A DNA stretch of 44,761 bases. It comes from Macrostomum lignano. Taxonomy: Eukaryota. A model generated the notes under the pieces. It worked only from the letters and a program-made list of their open reading frames with translations, was not told the DNA's origin and made no database searches. Below, piece after piece: positions 23,101-44,761 of this stretch; position 1 is the first letter of the stretch; each line of letters begins with the position of its first letter. Both the position numbers and the translations under genes were made by a program. The stretch spans positions 1 through 44,761 of the forward strand of contig NIVC01004475.1 of assembly GCA_002269645.1 (NCBI GenBank), in the 5' to 3' direction.

Positions 23101-26100
23101 GTCAAGCGGCACCACCGAGCAGTCATGGACGGCCGTCAGAATTCACCGCGGCGGAGTCAGCAGCGCAGCGGCAAATCGCAGAAGTTTTCGTCGCGTCAGC
23201 AGTCGCAGCAGCAGCCTGCGGCAGGGGCGGCGGCCCGGCAGAAGCCGGACAAGCAGCTGCTGATGAAGTGGTTCAACGACGTGGACACCGAGAAACGCGG
23301 CTTCATCACATTCGAAGGCTTGAAGGCGGTGTGCAAGAAGGACGGCCTGACCGAGTCGTCGGCTCTGGAGATGTTCGAAGTGCTGGACGCGAACCGGGAC
23401 GGCAAGATCACGCTGCGCGAGTACAAGCTGCTGCTCGGCATCTACCCGGAGGAGGCCCGCGAGGAGGAGACCTGGCAGCTGATATTCGAGAACATCGACG
23501 AAGAGGAGACGGGCCAGTTGGAGTTTCGCGAGGTCGACAAGTACTTTACAACTACGTTTGGTCAGCGCATCGCTCTGGGCATTCGCAAGCAGGACCTGAA
23601 GAAATACCAACAGACGGTCGGGCCGGGCTCCACGACCTTCAAGACAGATGATTTCATCGCCTGGCTGCGGAGGGAGCGGCGGGGCTGAGATGATGAATTC
23701 AAACATTTCAGTTCGATGCTTTGATTATTTTGCGCAAAGAAGTGTTGGGAAAAATTGACGACACGAAATTAAATTGTGCGCGCGTCAGACGGTTTTTGCG
23801 CCGATCAAGTCTTTATTCTGTTCCCGCTTGTTTATTTTAACAAATCGTTGAAAAACTAAAATACTTTTCTCTAATAAAAAACATTTGTCTCTGACAAACA
23901 GGATGGCACAGTGGCGTAAATGCTCTGAAGCCATAATTTACCACATCACTCGCATTGGCATAGATGGTAACTGTATTTCAATTAGAGTGCGAAGGCTTCT
24001 TCCTAGACCAAAGTAATCTCTATTTTCCATTCTGCAGTGCCTCGGTCACACCTGGTACTTGGCCAATGATATGCAGATGTACCTGCTATCGCCGCTTCTA
24101 CTGCTGCCATTTGTATTGTGAGTTTTTTTACTTTCACTATGCATGCACGGTTCGGAGGTGTGCTTTTTAGCGTGACCTTGAAATCTCTTATACCGTAGCC
24201 AATCAGAGACGATCCAAATTAAAGGGAGCTTCTTCCATGAGTGGCGCGATTTTTTAGCGTGACCTTGAAATGTCTTGTACCGTAGGCAATCAGAGACGAT
24301 CCAAATTAAAGGGAGCTTCGTCCATAAGTGGCGTGATTTTTAGCGTGACCTTGAAATCTCTAGGACGGCACCAATTGGAGACATTCCAAATTACAAAAAA
24401 AAATTCCGCGAGTCAAAGACCTGATTTTCTAGCGTTAAATTAACCACCTAAAATTCAAATTAAGGAAAGTCACCTCTGGTGATCAACTAAGTTTCGCCCA
24501 ACTTTAACCAATGCTTGCAGTGGCGGCCTAATAGTCGGATCAGTGGCCTCGGTCGTTGTTGTGGCTGGCAGCATGGTGTGCACGGGCGTGCTCAACTATC
24601 AGTACGGCTTCCGGCGCGGCCACTTGAACTTTGTGCCCGGAGAGACAGACGGGTACGATCCGGAGAAGACGTGAGCAGTTTTTGTTATTGGTGGAACTCG
24701 CGAGAATCTTATCAACTGAGCCTTTTTGCCGATGATCTATTGTAAAGGCAGGTCGATAATTGGTTTATATGAAACAGAAATTGCTATCTGACAATTGCAG
24801 GTACTACGAGACGATCTACATCAAGCCCTACTGCCGCATGGGCGCCTACGCGATTGGAATTTTGCTTGGCTACGTCCTGGCCACTAGGAAGACCATCAGG
24901 ATGCCCAAGGTGATCCTCAGTTACCGTTACCTGCAGGATTTTGTATGCGGCGCAGAAATGTTGGTGATCCTTTTAGTCTGGCGCTGAATAGGTCACAGCA
25001 GTGTGGCGCCACCAACAGGGTCACAGCAGTGTGGCGCCACCGACAGGGTCACAGCAGTGTGGCGCCACCGACAGGGTCACAGCAGTGTGGCGCCACCGAC
25101 AGGGTCACAGCAGTGTGGCGCCACCGACAGGGTCACAGCAGTGTAGCGCCACCGGCAGGGTCACAGCAGTGTGGCGACAACAATGTCACAGTATAGTGTG
25201 TGGCGCCAACAATGTCACAGTATAGTGTGTGGCGCCAACAATGTCACAGTATAGTGTGTGGCGCCAACAATGTCACAGTATAGTGTGTGGCGCCAACAAT
25301 GTCACAGTATAGTGTGTGGCGCCAACAATGTCACAGTATAGTGTGTGGCGCCAACAATGTCACAGTATAGTGTGTGGCGCCAACAATGTAACAAAATTGT
25401 CGCACTGTACATAGCAATGCCACCCAATTGCTGCAACTTTCTCTTTAGCTGGTGGCGCTGCTGTGCTGGGCGATCGCGGCAGCGGGAGGCCTGGCCCTGC
25501 TGTACCTGGTGCAGGGCCAGATTGCCGATACGGGACCGCCGCTGACGCTGCAACAGGTGACGGTTTACTGGTCCTTCCTGCGTCCGGGATTCGCCCTCTG
25601 CGTTGCCTGGGTTGTGTTCGCCTGCGTCTACGGCTACGGAGGTAGTGTATGAGGGCACGGTATTGATTAATATTCTTTTACGTATTTTTTCTTCTATTTT
25701 TACTTTCAGTAGAGTAGTTAAGAAATTCAATTATTATTAATTTAATACAAACAATATTCTGTCCATTTTACTGTGAGTAGAGTATATGGAAAACGCTAGT
25801 TATAATTATCGATAATCAAGGTCAAGGGACTGAAAGGTCACAGGTTCGATTCTCGACTCACTCGGAACAGTTTGTGTCCTTGAGAAAGGCACTTAACTCC
25901 GCATTGCTTCAGTTCACCCAGCTGTAAAATGGGTGCCAGCATTAGCTGACGTAGTTGAGAGTGTGTGTGCCTTCAGATGCGCCGCGCAATAGCTGCGGCT
26001 GAGCTGTCGGTTGCACATCTGGCCATTATCGATGGTAGAAAATCGCCGTATTTTTCGGCAGCTAAGTTTAGTGTCTCATGACTACAGACAGATGAACCAC

Positions 26101-27348
26101 CTATACCAGAATTCCACTTGTCCTCTCCTGCCACCCACAGGCCCCGTGAACGAGCTGCTGTCCTGGTCCTGGTTCACCCCACTGGCCCGGCTCAGCTACT
26201 GTGCCTACATCGTGCATGCCAGCGTGATGTTCGCCTTCTTTTACACCTACGACTCCAAATTCCACCTGTCCGACTCAATGCTGGTGAGTGATCTTTAATG
26301 ATCAATAACAAGCAATATCAGTCTGAGATGCTGAAAATCTGTCATAAGGATCAAAACTTTCAGCTGAAATCAGTCATTGAGGCTGAAATCGGTCATTGGG
26401 AGCTGAAATCGGTCATTGGGAGCTGAGATCGGTCATTGGGAGCTGAGATCGGTCATTGGAAGCTGAAATCGGTCATTGGAAGCTGAAATCGGTCATTGGG
26501 AGCTGAAATCGCTCATTAGGAGCTGAAATCGGTCATTGGGAGCTGAAATAGGTCATTGGGAGCTGAAATCGGTCATTAGGAGCTGAAATCAGTCATTGGG
26601 AGCTAAAATCAGTCATTGGGAGCTGAAATCAGTCATTGTGAGGTGAAATCGGTCATTGGGAGGTGAAATCAGTCATTAGGAGCTTAAATCGGTCATTGAG
26701 AGCTGAAATCGGTCATTTGGAGCTGAGATCGGTCATTGGGAGCTGAAATTAGTCATTGGGAACTGAAATTGATCATTGGGAGCTGAAATCAGTCGTTGTG
26801 AGGTGAAATCGGTCATTGGGAGCTGAAATAGATCATTGGGAGGTGAAATCAGTCATTGGGAGCTGAAACCAGTCATTGGGAGCTGAAATCGGTCATTGGG
26901 AGCTGAAATCGGTCATTGGGAGCTGAAATCGGTCATTGGAAGCTGAAATCGGTCATACAGCGCAACGAATTGCAACTGCAGGCTTGAAATGATCATTGGA
27001 AGTGCAGACTGCTAGGTTCTGCATTACTAATTTCGCGATACTAATCGTCATACAAATAAGTCTAAAATTCGGTGTTCCCCAAACCCGCTGCAGATCATGA
27101 TCTACCTGGCCAGCATCATGCTCACCTTCCTGGTCAGTCTGGTCCTCTCCATGCTGGTTGAAGCTCCGCTGCTCGGCCTCGAGAAAGCTCTGCGGGCCGG
27201 CGGCGGCTCCCGGCAGGCGGACGGCGGCACCAACCGGACGCCGGCGCCGCAGCCCGGGAAGGCCAATGATTACTATTATTCGAATGGCGGCTACGAGGGC
27301 GGGCCAAGTTCGAATCGATTCGAGATGCGATCGGTTTATTACGGATGA
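17200..27348 (+). CDS. nrf-6: NRF-6 (nose resistant to fluoxetine 6)-like protein: signal peptide + NRF domain + acyltransferase-3 multi-TM domain (about 805 aa); one apparent 1-nt frameshift near 18607
   Basis: Exons 17200-17569, 18581-18885, 19312-19474, 20041-20126, 20217-20384, 22169-22563, 24038-24117, 24521-24670, 24801-24909, 25449-25641, 26141-26283 and 27094-27348. Motifs: GILLGNIRWIGSREEC, GCINGIRVLSIFWVILGHT, SVDSFFMLSG, FYFHRYWRLTP, TWYLANDMQMY, YIKPYCRMGAY, LSWSWFTPLARLSYCAYIVH, LSMLVEAP. Confidence 0.92.
17600..18550. repeat. Purine-rich 12-bp minisatellite (GAGAGGCAGGRA)n in nrf-6 intron 1
   Basis: Direct reading; it explains the RERG/EAGR ORFs. Confidence 0.95.
18920..19240. 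repeat. About 31-bp tandem repeat (TAGCTGTAATTGACTGTCACAGGCTGTCATA) in nrf-6 intron 2
   Basis: Direct reading. Confidence 0.85.
19805..20012. repeat. 20-bp tandem repeat (GTATCCTAGTTGGTCATARA) in nrf-6 intron 3
   Basis: Direct reading. Confidence 0.9.
20593..22092. repeat. 19-bp minisatellite (GTGATCTAGTCTCATCAGA)n, roughly 75-80 units, in nrf-6 intron 5
   Basis: Direct reading; homogeneous core with an A/G variant and degenerate edges. Confidence 0.97.
23125..23688 (+). CDS. Intronless calmodulin-like EF-hand protein nested in nrf-6 intron 6 (187 aa from ATG 23125; ORF is open from 22999)
   Basis: GC3-rich ORF. EF loops are DTEKRGFITFEG (atypical), DANRDGKITLRE (canonical) and DEEETGQLEFRE, with a degenerate fourth. 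Q/S/R-rich N-terminus; AATAAA at 23873-23878. Confidence 0.85.
   Translation: MDGRQNSPRRSQQRSGKSQKFSSRQQSQQQPAAGAAARQKPDKQLLMKWFNDVDTEKRGFITFEGLKAVCKKDGLTESSALEMFEVLDANRDGKITLREYKLLLGIYPEEAREEETWQLIFENIDEEETGQLEFREVDKYFTTTFGQRIALGIRKQDLKKYQQTVGPGSTTFKTDDFIAWLRRERRG
23873..23878 (+). promoter_or_regulatory. Candidate polyadenylation signal of the nested EF-hand gene
   Basis: AATAAA 185 bp after the stop codon, in AT-rich sequence. Confidence 0.5.
24164..24362. repeat. About 87-bp tandem duplication (2.2 units) in nrf-6 intron 7
   Basis: TTTAGCGTGACCTTGAAAT recurs three times at 86-87-bp spacing. Confidence 0.85.
24990..25390. repeat. Adjacent related 28-bp and 29-bp tandem repeats in nrf-6 intron 9
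   Basis: CAGGGTCACAGCAGTGTGGCGCCACCGA, then GTGGCGCCAACAATGTCACAGTATAGTGT. Confidence 0.9.
25832..26021 (+). mobile_element. tRNA-derived CORE-like SINE, copy 2 (internal deletion, no tail) in nrf-6 intron 10
   Basis: Aligns to 2020-2248 but lacks about 40 nt before the 3' hairpin. Confidence 0.75.
26355..26960. repeat. 20-bp minisatellite (GGAGCTGAAATCGGTCATTG)n in nrf-6 intron 11
   Basis: Direct reading. Confidence 0.95.
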
Positions 27349-27554
27349 GAGAAATCGGTTGACGAAATCAACTCCAGGATGATTCAGTTACTGCATGGCT
27401 TCAATAGTGTATGAAAGTGCCGATTAGTGTACTTTAACTATTTGCTATAAGTACGTAACAAATATATTACGATGAAAACTCTGATGAGCGAGAACACAGA
27501 ATTTTTATGATTGAGCACATACTCAATGAGAGAACACGCAGTCATTAGCAAGCA

Positions 27555-28180
27555 TACAATCTCTCCAATGAGTGATCAGCAGACTCCAATGAGTGAGCAC
27601 AGACTCTCCAATGAGTGAGCACAGACTCTCCAATGAGTGAGCACAGACTCTCCAATGAGTGAGCACAGACTCCAATGAGTGATCAGCAGACTCTCCAATG
27701 AGTGATCAGCAGACTCTCCAATGAGTGAGCACAGACTCTCCAATGAGTGAGCACAGACTCTCCAATGAGTGAGCACAGACTCTCCAATGAGTGATCAGCA
27801 GACTCCAATGAGTGAGCACAGACTCTCCAATGAGTGAGCACAGACTCTCCAATGAGTGAGCACAGACTCTCCAATGAGTGAGCACAGACTCTCCAATAAG
27901 TGATCAGCAGACTCTCCAATGAGTGATCAGCAGACTCTCCAATGAGTGATCAGCAGACTCTCCAAAAAGTGATCAGCAGACTCTCCAATGAGTGAGCACA
28001 GACTTCAATGAGTGATCAGCAGACTCTCCAATGAGTGATCAGCAGACTCTCCAATGAGTGATCAGCAGACTCTCCAATAAGTGATCAGCAGACTCTTCGA
28101 TGAGTGAGCACAGACTCTCCAATGAGTGAGCACAGACTCCAATGAGTGAGCACAGACTCCAATGAGTGAGCACAGACTCA
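27555..28180. repeat. 22/23-bp minisatellite (CAGACTCTCCAATGAGTGAGCA)n
   Basis: Direct reading. Confidence 0.95.
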
Positions 28181-29177
28181 AAAAATTTCGCCTTATTATT
28201 ATAAAAAAGAACACAAAAAATGAACTAACATGTTTTTAATCAAAACAGACTGAGGTTGGCAGTCGGCAGAAGTACCCACTGTACTTTGAGTAGTGTATTT
28301 AATATTGAAGCCACATACAAAAGCAGCAATTCCAAAGCTTACAAAATAACAGCTGGTTTCGGTGGAGGAAGATTAAAAGATTCACAATAAAAGCAAAATG
28401 CACCCTCACAAGCACAATGGGGTAGTAAAGATATTTCTACCGAAGCGGCTATAAAAGTCTAGAATTGAAACCACAGCCCAAACCAACAGGAACAAGAGGA
28501 AAGAGCTTCTGACCACACAACAGGGCATAATTTATAATGAGCATTGAACTTATCTTAAACTAATCAATCTACAGGTGCCTTTTAGCGTCTGAACTTCGTT
28601 AAGTAATATTATGAAAATAGTCGATTCACACACATTACACTACTGATTATAGTATAAGTAGTAGCTTGATAGACATTTTATAAGAAAAAATATTCAATAG
28701 CTATAATTTATAAAATTCTTGCAGTCATAAAACATAATTATGGCGGTTGGCACGTGTACTGACGTGTGACTTTACGAAAACGTCATGCATACTCTTGGAT
28801 GCACAGTTCGGTTGCGGCTTGAGATTCTCGGAGGAAGCGTAGTGAGACAGAGAGAGACACAAGAGTAGACGGGCAGAAAGAGAGGCATTCAAATTCTGAA
28901 TGAAATGCGCGCAATGCAAACACGAGTCAAATTTCTCTCTTTGTATTGATTTTATCAGCAAATCTTTGTCGCCAGCGATTGAGCAGGTTGAGCAAAATTG
29001 TTAATTAATATTTTTGAAAATCAATTACAAATCCAACGCCCTGTACAAAACAAGGGTCTATAATGGAAACTGTTTAGCCGGTAATAACAAAAAATTATAT
29101 TGTCTGGGGTTGCTATGCCAATTATCGCTTAATCTTAACCGCGCTAAACCGATAACGATGTTTATGACCCTAATAAG

Positions 29178-29790
29178 CTACCAACGGCTACAATGTCTAT
29201 GGTCCTAACAGCCTACCAACGGCTATAATGTCTATGGCCCTAACAGTCTACCAACGGCTACAATGTCTATGGCCCCAACAACTCACCAACGGCTACAATG
29301 TCTATGGCCCCAACAACTCACCAACGGCTACAATGTTCATGGCCCCAACAACTCACCAACGGCTATAATGTCTATGGCCCCAACAACTCAACAACGGCTA
29401 CAATGTCTATGGCCCCAACTCAACAACGGCTACAATGTCTATGGCCCTAACAGCCTACCAACAGCTACAATGTCTATGGCCCCAACAACTCAACAACGGC
29501 TACAATGTCTATGGCCCCAACAACTCAACAACGGCTACAATGTCTATGGCCCCAACAACTCACCAACGGCTATAATGTCTATGGCCCCAACAACTCACCA
29601 ACGGCTACAATGTCTATGGCCCCAACAACTCACCAACGGCTATAATGTCTATGGCCTCAACAACCCAACAACGGCTACAATGTCTATGGCCCTAACAGCC
29701 TACCAATGGCTACAATATCTATGGCACTAACAGCCTACCAACGGCTACAATGTCTATGGCCCTAGCAGCCTACCAACGGCTACGATGGCT
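29178..29790. repeat. About 35-bp minisatellite (CAACGGCTACAATGTCTATGGCCCCAACAACTCAC)n
   Basis: Direct reading. Confidence 0.95.
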
Positions 29791-30002
29791 ATGACCCAAT
29801 CCAAGGTGACCATGGTGACAAAGCTTTTGTTAAAAGTCATAAAAATAAGTAGACCAAATGTAGACCAAATGTAATTATTAATGATACTCTCGAATTATAA
29901 GAAAAGCACAATAATAAAAACTGTTAAGTACAGCGCCAGTCTCAACCAACGTCAACGCGCAATCGACAAGTCCAAACCCGTCCTATCAAATCAATCAATC
30001 AG

Positions 30003-41013
<11,011 letters not shown>

Positions 41014-41964
41014 TTCAACAGGCAGGGCTCTATGGCGAACGCAATCGCATCAAACTGTTCAAATTGGCCTAGCGCTGAAAATTATATACGAGGCAGATGT
41101 AAGAAGCAAATAAAAATAGCAGCTAATATAGATGAGGCTGTGATCATGGACAACTAAGCATATCATAGAATCTGGATTGGAAACTTGCTGTCAACCTAAT
41201 TATCGTGCCTTTAATTAATTTCTTTTACAAACGATGACAGAGAAAGAATTAAGAAAATAAACTGTTAATTTTTCTATCTAACAAAACTTATGGATTAAAT
41301 CACAGCGAAATTATACCAGTGTGTTTATATACTGATGGTTCCCAGTCCAATACGTTGAGATCCAGAAGTCCATGACAGGAATGACAAGCTCGAGAGGCAG
41401 AACCAATGGCGAGCATAGACTGTGCTCAGCCTTTTCTATCCAACGGCCCTGTACTTGCATGTACATATACTAGTTTAAGGCAAGAGTTATGCACATATTT
41501 ATTCATACTCTACTAGCAACCAACCACTCCAGACTCTCACAGTTAAGATTATTTTGGCTTCTTTTTATCATATAAGCTAACCTATTGAAGCTGTATATGT
41601 ACGCGCACTTGGGCTTGTACATTCTTTACCCTTCCAGGTCTACCACCCAGAGCACTGCACTGCAATACAAGCATAACAATACAAAATCCACGGGGATAGA
41701 AGAGCATTTTTGTATTAAATAAAAAGTTGAAAAATTTACTTCATATGACAAGCCATTGAACTGTTCTCGTCCTAGGACCTCTCCATAACCTTCAAGAGAA
41801 AGAGTAGTTGGCAGCAAATACGCTACGACTAGATAGAACCAGATAAGTCTGCATCTGATGCCTCTGGCAAGGGTTGGATTGGCTTAGTAGAAGTGAATTG
41901 TGAAAACTGCAATAAAACTGGCAAAATTCATTTTTAAGACATTTAATGAGACATCAAATGCTAT

Positions 41965-42545
41965 GTTCCTCCCTCCGTTCCTCTGATCCTCTCCGCTCCT
42001 CTGTTCCTCTCATCCCCTCCGCTCCTATGTTCCTCCCCTCCGCTCCTCTGTTCCTCCCCTCCGCTCCTATGTTCCTCCCCTCCGCTCCTATGTTCCTCCC
42101 CTCCGCTCCTATGTTCCTCCCCTCCGCTCCTATGTTCTCCCCTCCGCTCCTATGTTCCTCCCCTCCGCTAATATTTTCTTCTCCTCCCCTCCGCTCCTCT
42201 GATCCTCTCATCCCCTCCGCTCCTCTGATCCTCCCCTCCGCTCCTCTGTTCCTCTCATCCGCTCCGCTCCTCTGATCCTCCCTCCGCTCCTCTGTTCCTC
42301 TCTTCCCCTCCGCTCCTCTGATCCTCCCTCCGCTCCTCTGTTCCTCTCATCCCCTCCGCTCCTCTGATCCTCTCATCCCCTCCACTCCTCTGTTCCTCTC
42401 ATCCCCTCCGCTCCTCTGATCCTCTCATCCCCTCCGCTCCTCTCTTCCCCTCCGCTCCTCTCCTCCGCTCCTCTCCTCCCCTCCTCTGCTCCTCTCCTCC
42501 TCCGCTCCTCCCCTCCTCTGATCCTCTCCTCCCTCCGCTCCTTTT
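41965..42545. repeat. Pyrimidine-rich tandem repeat (CCCCTCCGCTCCTMTGWTCCT)
   Basis: Direct reading. Confidence 0.9.
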
Positions 42546-42859
42546 CTTAAGGTTACCGAACAGCCTTGCCTATACGCTCGAACACTAGGTGGTCACGTCG
42601 CAAATAGCCCGCATCCAGATTAATAAGTGTAAATTGACAGAATAAAAGCAGACTCAGAAACTGCTGGAACAATAAAGCCATGTAGACTGGGGTCTGCAAT
42701 ATTTATTGATGTTGAAAACTTCATTTGTACTTCATTTCAGTGATAAAGGATTACATAAAAATTATCAGGCAATGAAATATTATAATTACAACTACTGCGG
42801 TTACTAAGGTTAAGCAAAGTAGAATTAGTTTTGCACTTGTTGCACCCAATCTTTTAACA

Positions 42860-44290
42860 TCATGACATTGACATTGTCAACAGCAGCCAGCCATTGTCCG
42901 AATATTCTTGCCCGCTTGGCGAGCGGACACGATCTGAGCCGGGCGGAAAGATGAAGGTTCTCTGCAGGCCCAGACTCCACACGAATCCGTGCTCTAAAGT
43001 GTCCGGGTCCTTTGGCCTTGAGCTCATGAGCTGCAGCACCAGCATCATCAGCTGGTCGGCAGCCGGCCTCTTCAAGCTGCCAAGCAGAGTCATTCTAGCA
43101 TCGACAACCATCACACCGGTTGCTGGCTGTCCCTCGCCATTGAAGTTGCCGCTTAGCTTGGAAAAATGCTGCGGCAGGCCGCTCAGGGACTGCGGCGGTG
43201 GGGGGACGGTGGCGGGTCGGCTGTGAAACTGCCGCTGCTATGATCAACTGAAACTGCTATGACCAACTCTATGACCAACTAAAACTACCAATGACCAATT
43301 GAAACTACTATGACCAATTGAAACTACTATGACCAACTGAAAACTGCTATGACCCACTGAAACTACTATGACCAACTGAAACTACTATGACCAACTGAAA
43401 CTGCTATGACCCACTGAAACTACTATGACCAACTGAAACTACTATGACCAATTGAAACTGCTATGACCAACTGAAACTACTATGACCAATTGAAACTGCT
43501 ATGACCAACTGAAACTACTATGACCCACTGAAACTGCTATGACCAACTGAAAACTACTATGACCCACTGAAACTGCTATGACCCACTGAAACTACTATGA
43601 CCAACTGAAACTACTATGACCAACTGAAACTACTATGACCAACTGAAACTACTATGACCAATTGAAACTGCTATGACCAACTGAAACTACTATGACCAAC
43701 TGAAACTACTATGACCAACTGAAACTACTATGACCAACTGAAACTACTATGACCAATATGGCCAACTAAAACAACAGGAGAGCCACAATGCCCCTCTAAA
43801 ACAAGCCAGCCCCACAAACCTCAATATTGGCCACAATAATGTTACTGGCCATTCTAGCCAGCTGTTCCCGCTGCTCATCATTCATCCTGCTGTAATAATC
43901 CTTGGCCAGGCTCAGGCACTCGGGGCTGAGCAGTCCGCTCAACGAATCGTCTCCCTGGTCAGCGGCGGCCAGGCCGTCAACAATGACTGGCAGGAGGTCG
44001 CGGCAAGCGTCCGCAAAGCTACGAGGCGTCAATTCCCGATCGCGACTAGCCGTGCTCAGTAGAGCCAGTTTAATCCGGTTGCCGATATTGCGAAACAGGC
44101 CGCCAGGAGAGCGGATTAACGGATTAGGCGACAGACGGATGATAGGCAGGCCGGATAGCTGCTGCTTGCGGCTGAGACGAAGACTCGCTGCTGCAGCCGC
44201 GAGAAACAAGAATTTAGCTAATGATCTTGGCGGAAGCAGCCTGCGATGGCCGCAGCGGCATTGCGCGGCAGTGATAGCGGCGAGTTGCAT
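42860..44290 (-). CDS. MAIP1: MAIP1 (m-AAA protease-interacting protein 1, C2orf47)/Tim44-like mitochondrial protein, about 266 aa, 2 exons
   Basis: Exon 1 44290-43820 (|gtttgt) and exon 2 43189-42860 (ccgccgcag|), phase 0. The Arg/Ala/Leu-rich N-terminus resembles a mitochondrial presequence. DRELTPRSFADACRDLLPVIVDGLA..D.DSLSGLLSPECLSLAKDYYSRMNDEQREQLA aligns by eye with MAIP1 (DKEFS..EF.EGAKQAF..VS..LS....DLLEELV..E....LKE....L......LA). Confidence 0.55.
43235..43770. repeat. 19-bp minisatellite (ACTATGACCAACTGAAACT)n in the MAIP1-like intron
   Basis: Direct reading. Confidence 0.95.
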
Positions 44291-44504
44291 GCAATATTTT
44301 TGAAAAAAAAGTTACGTAGGGAATACGATTTGCTTACTTGCTTACTAGCCAAGTAGCAACACAGGCATTGTCAATGCATTAACAGCAAGCAGCATTGGAT
44401 CAATGCGTAAGGTGCAATGGTCGGCAGTCAGTAGTCAGTACTGCGTCAGTACATAAATTGCATATGCATCGGTGAATAGACTGTCAGGAATAGAAATTGA
44501 GAGG

Positions 44505-44761
44505 GTATGGTAGGCTGGGAGAGAAAGTAGTCTGGGAGGGGGGTAAAATCGGAGGAGGGTAGACTAGGTGAGGAGGGGGTTTGACTAGGAAGAGGAGGTA
44601 GACTAGGAGAGGAGGGGTAGACTAGGATAGGAGGGGGGAGACTAGGAGATGAGGGGATAGGCTAGGAAGAGGAGGGGTAGACTAGGAGAGGAGGGGATAG
44701 GCTAGGAGAGGAGGGGATAGGCTAGGAGAGGAGGGGGCAGACTAGGAGAGGAGGGGATAGG
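44505..44761. repeat. About 20-bp purine-rich repeat (GRCTAGGAGAGGAGGGGRTA), running off the window end
   Basis: Direct reading. Confidence 0.9.

Overview
Eukaryotic animal genomic DNA: GC-rich exons, canonical GT-AG introns, and almost every long intron inflated by its own minisatellite. This style resembles the free-living flatworm Macrostomum, but that is an inference. I reconstructed seven protein-coding genes by hand-splicing. On + they are the 3' end of a FAIM-like gene (70-411), a complete CYP2-clan cytochrome P450 (3514-7714), a shortened alpha-catulin-like gene (8689-14197) and an NRF-6/acyltransferase-3 gene (17200-27348). The NRF-6 gene has one apparent 1-nt frameshift and a same-strand intronless EF-hand gene nested in intron 6 (23125-23688). 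On - they are a 13-exon Na+/H+ exchanger (30003-41013) and a MAIP1/Tim44-like gene (42860-44290). Mobile DNA comprises two MITE-like elements, two copies of a CORE-like tRNA-SINE and a short dispersed repeat family. The most unusual object is an exact inverted 143-bp copy of the P450 I-helix exon inside an intron of the neighbouring gene, directly downstream of a tRNA-like Pol III promoter. Most long ORFs in the supplied track are artefacts of tandem repeats. No CRISPR array, rRNA or intact tRNA was seen. Reference protein motifs are recalled from memory; no database search was run.
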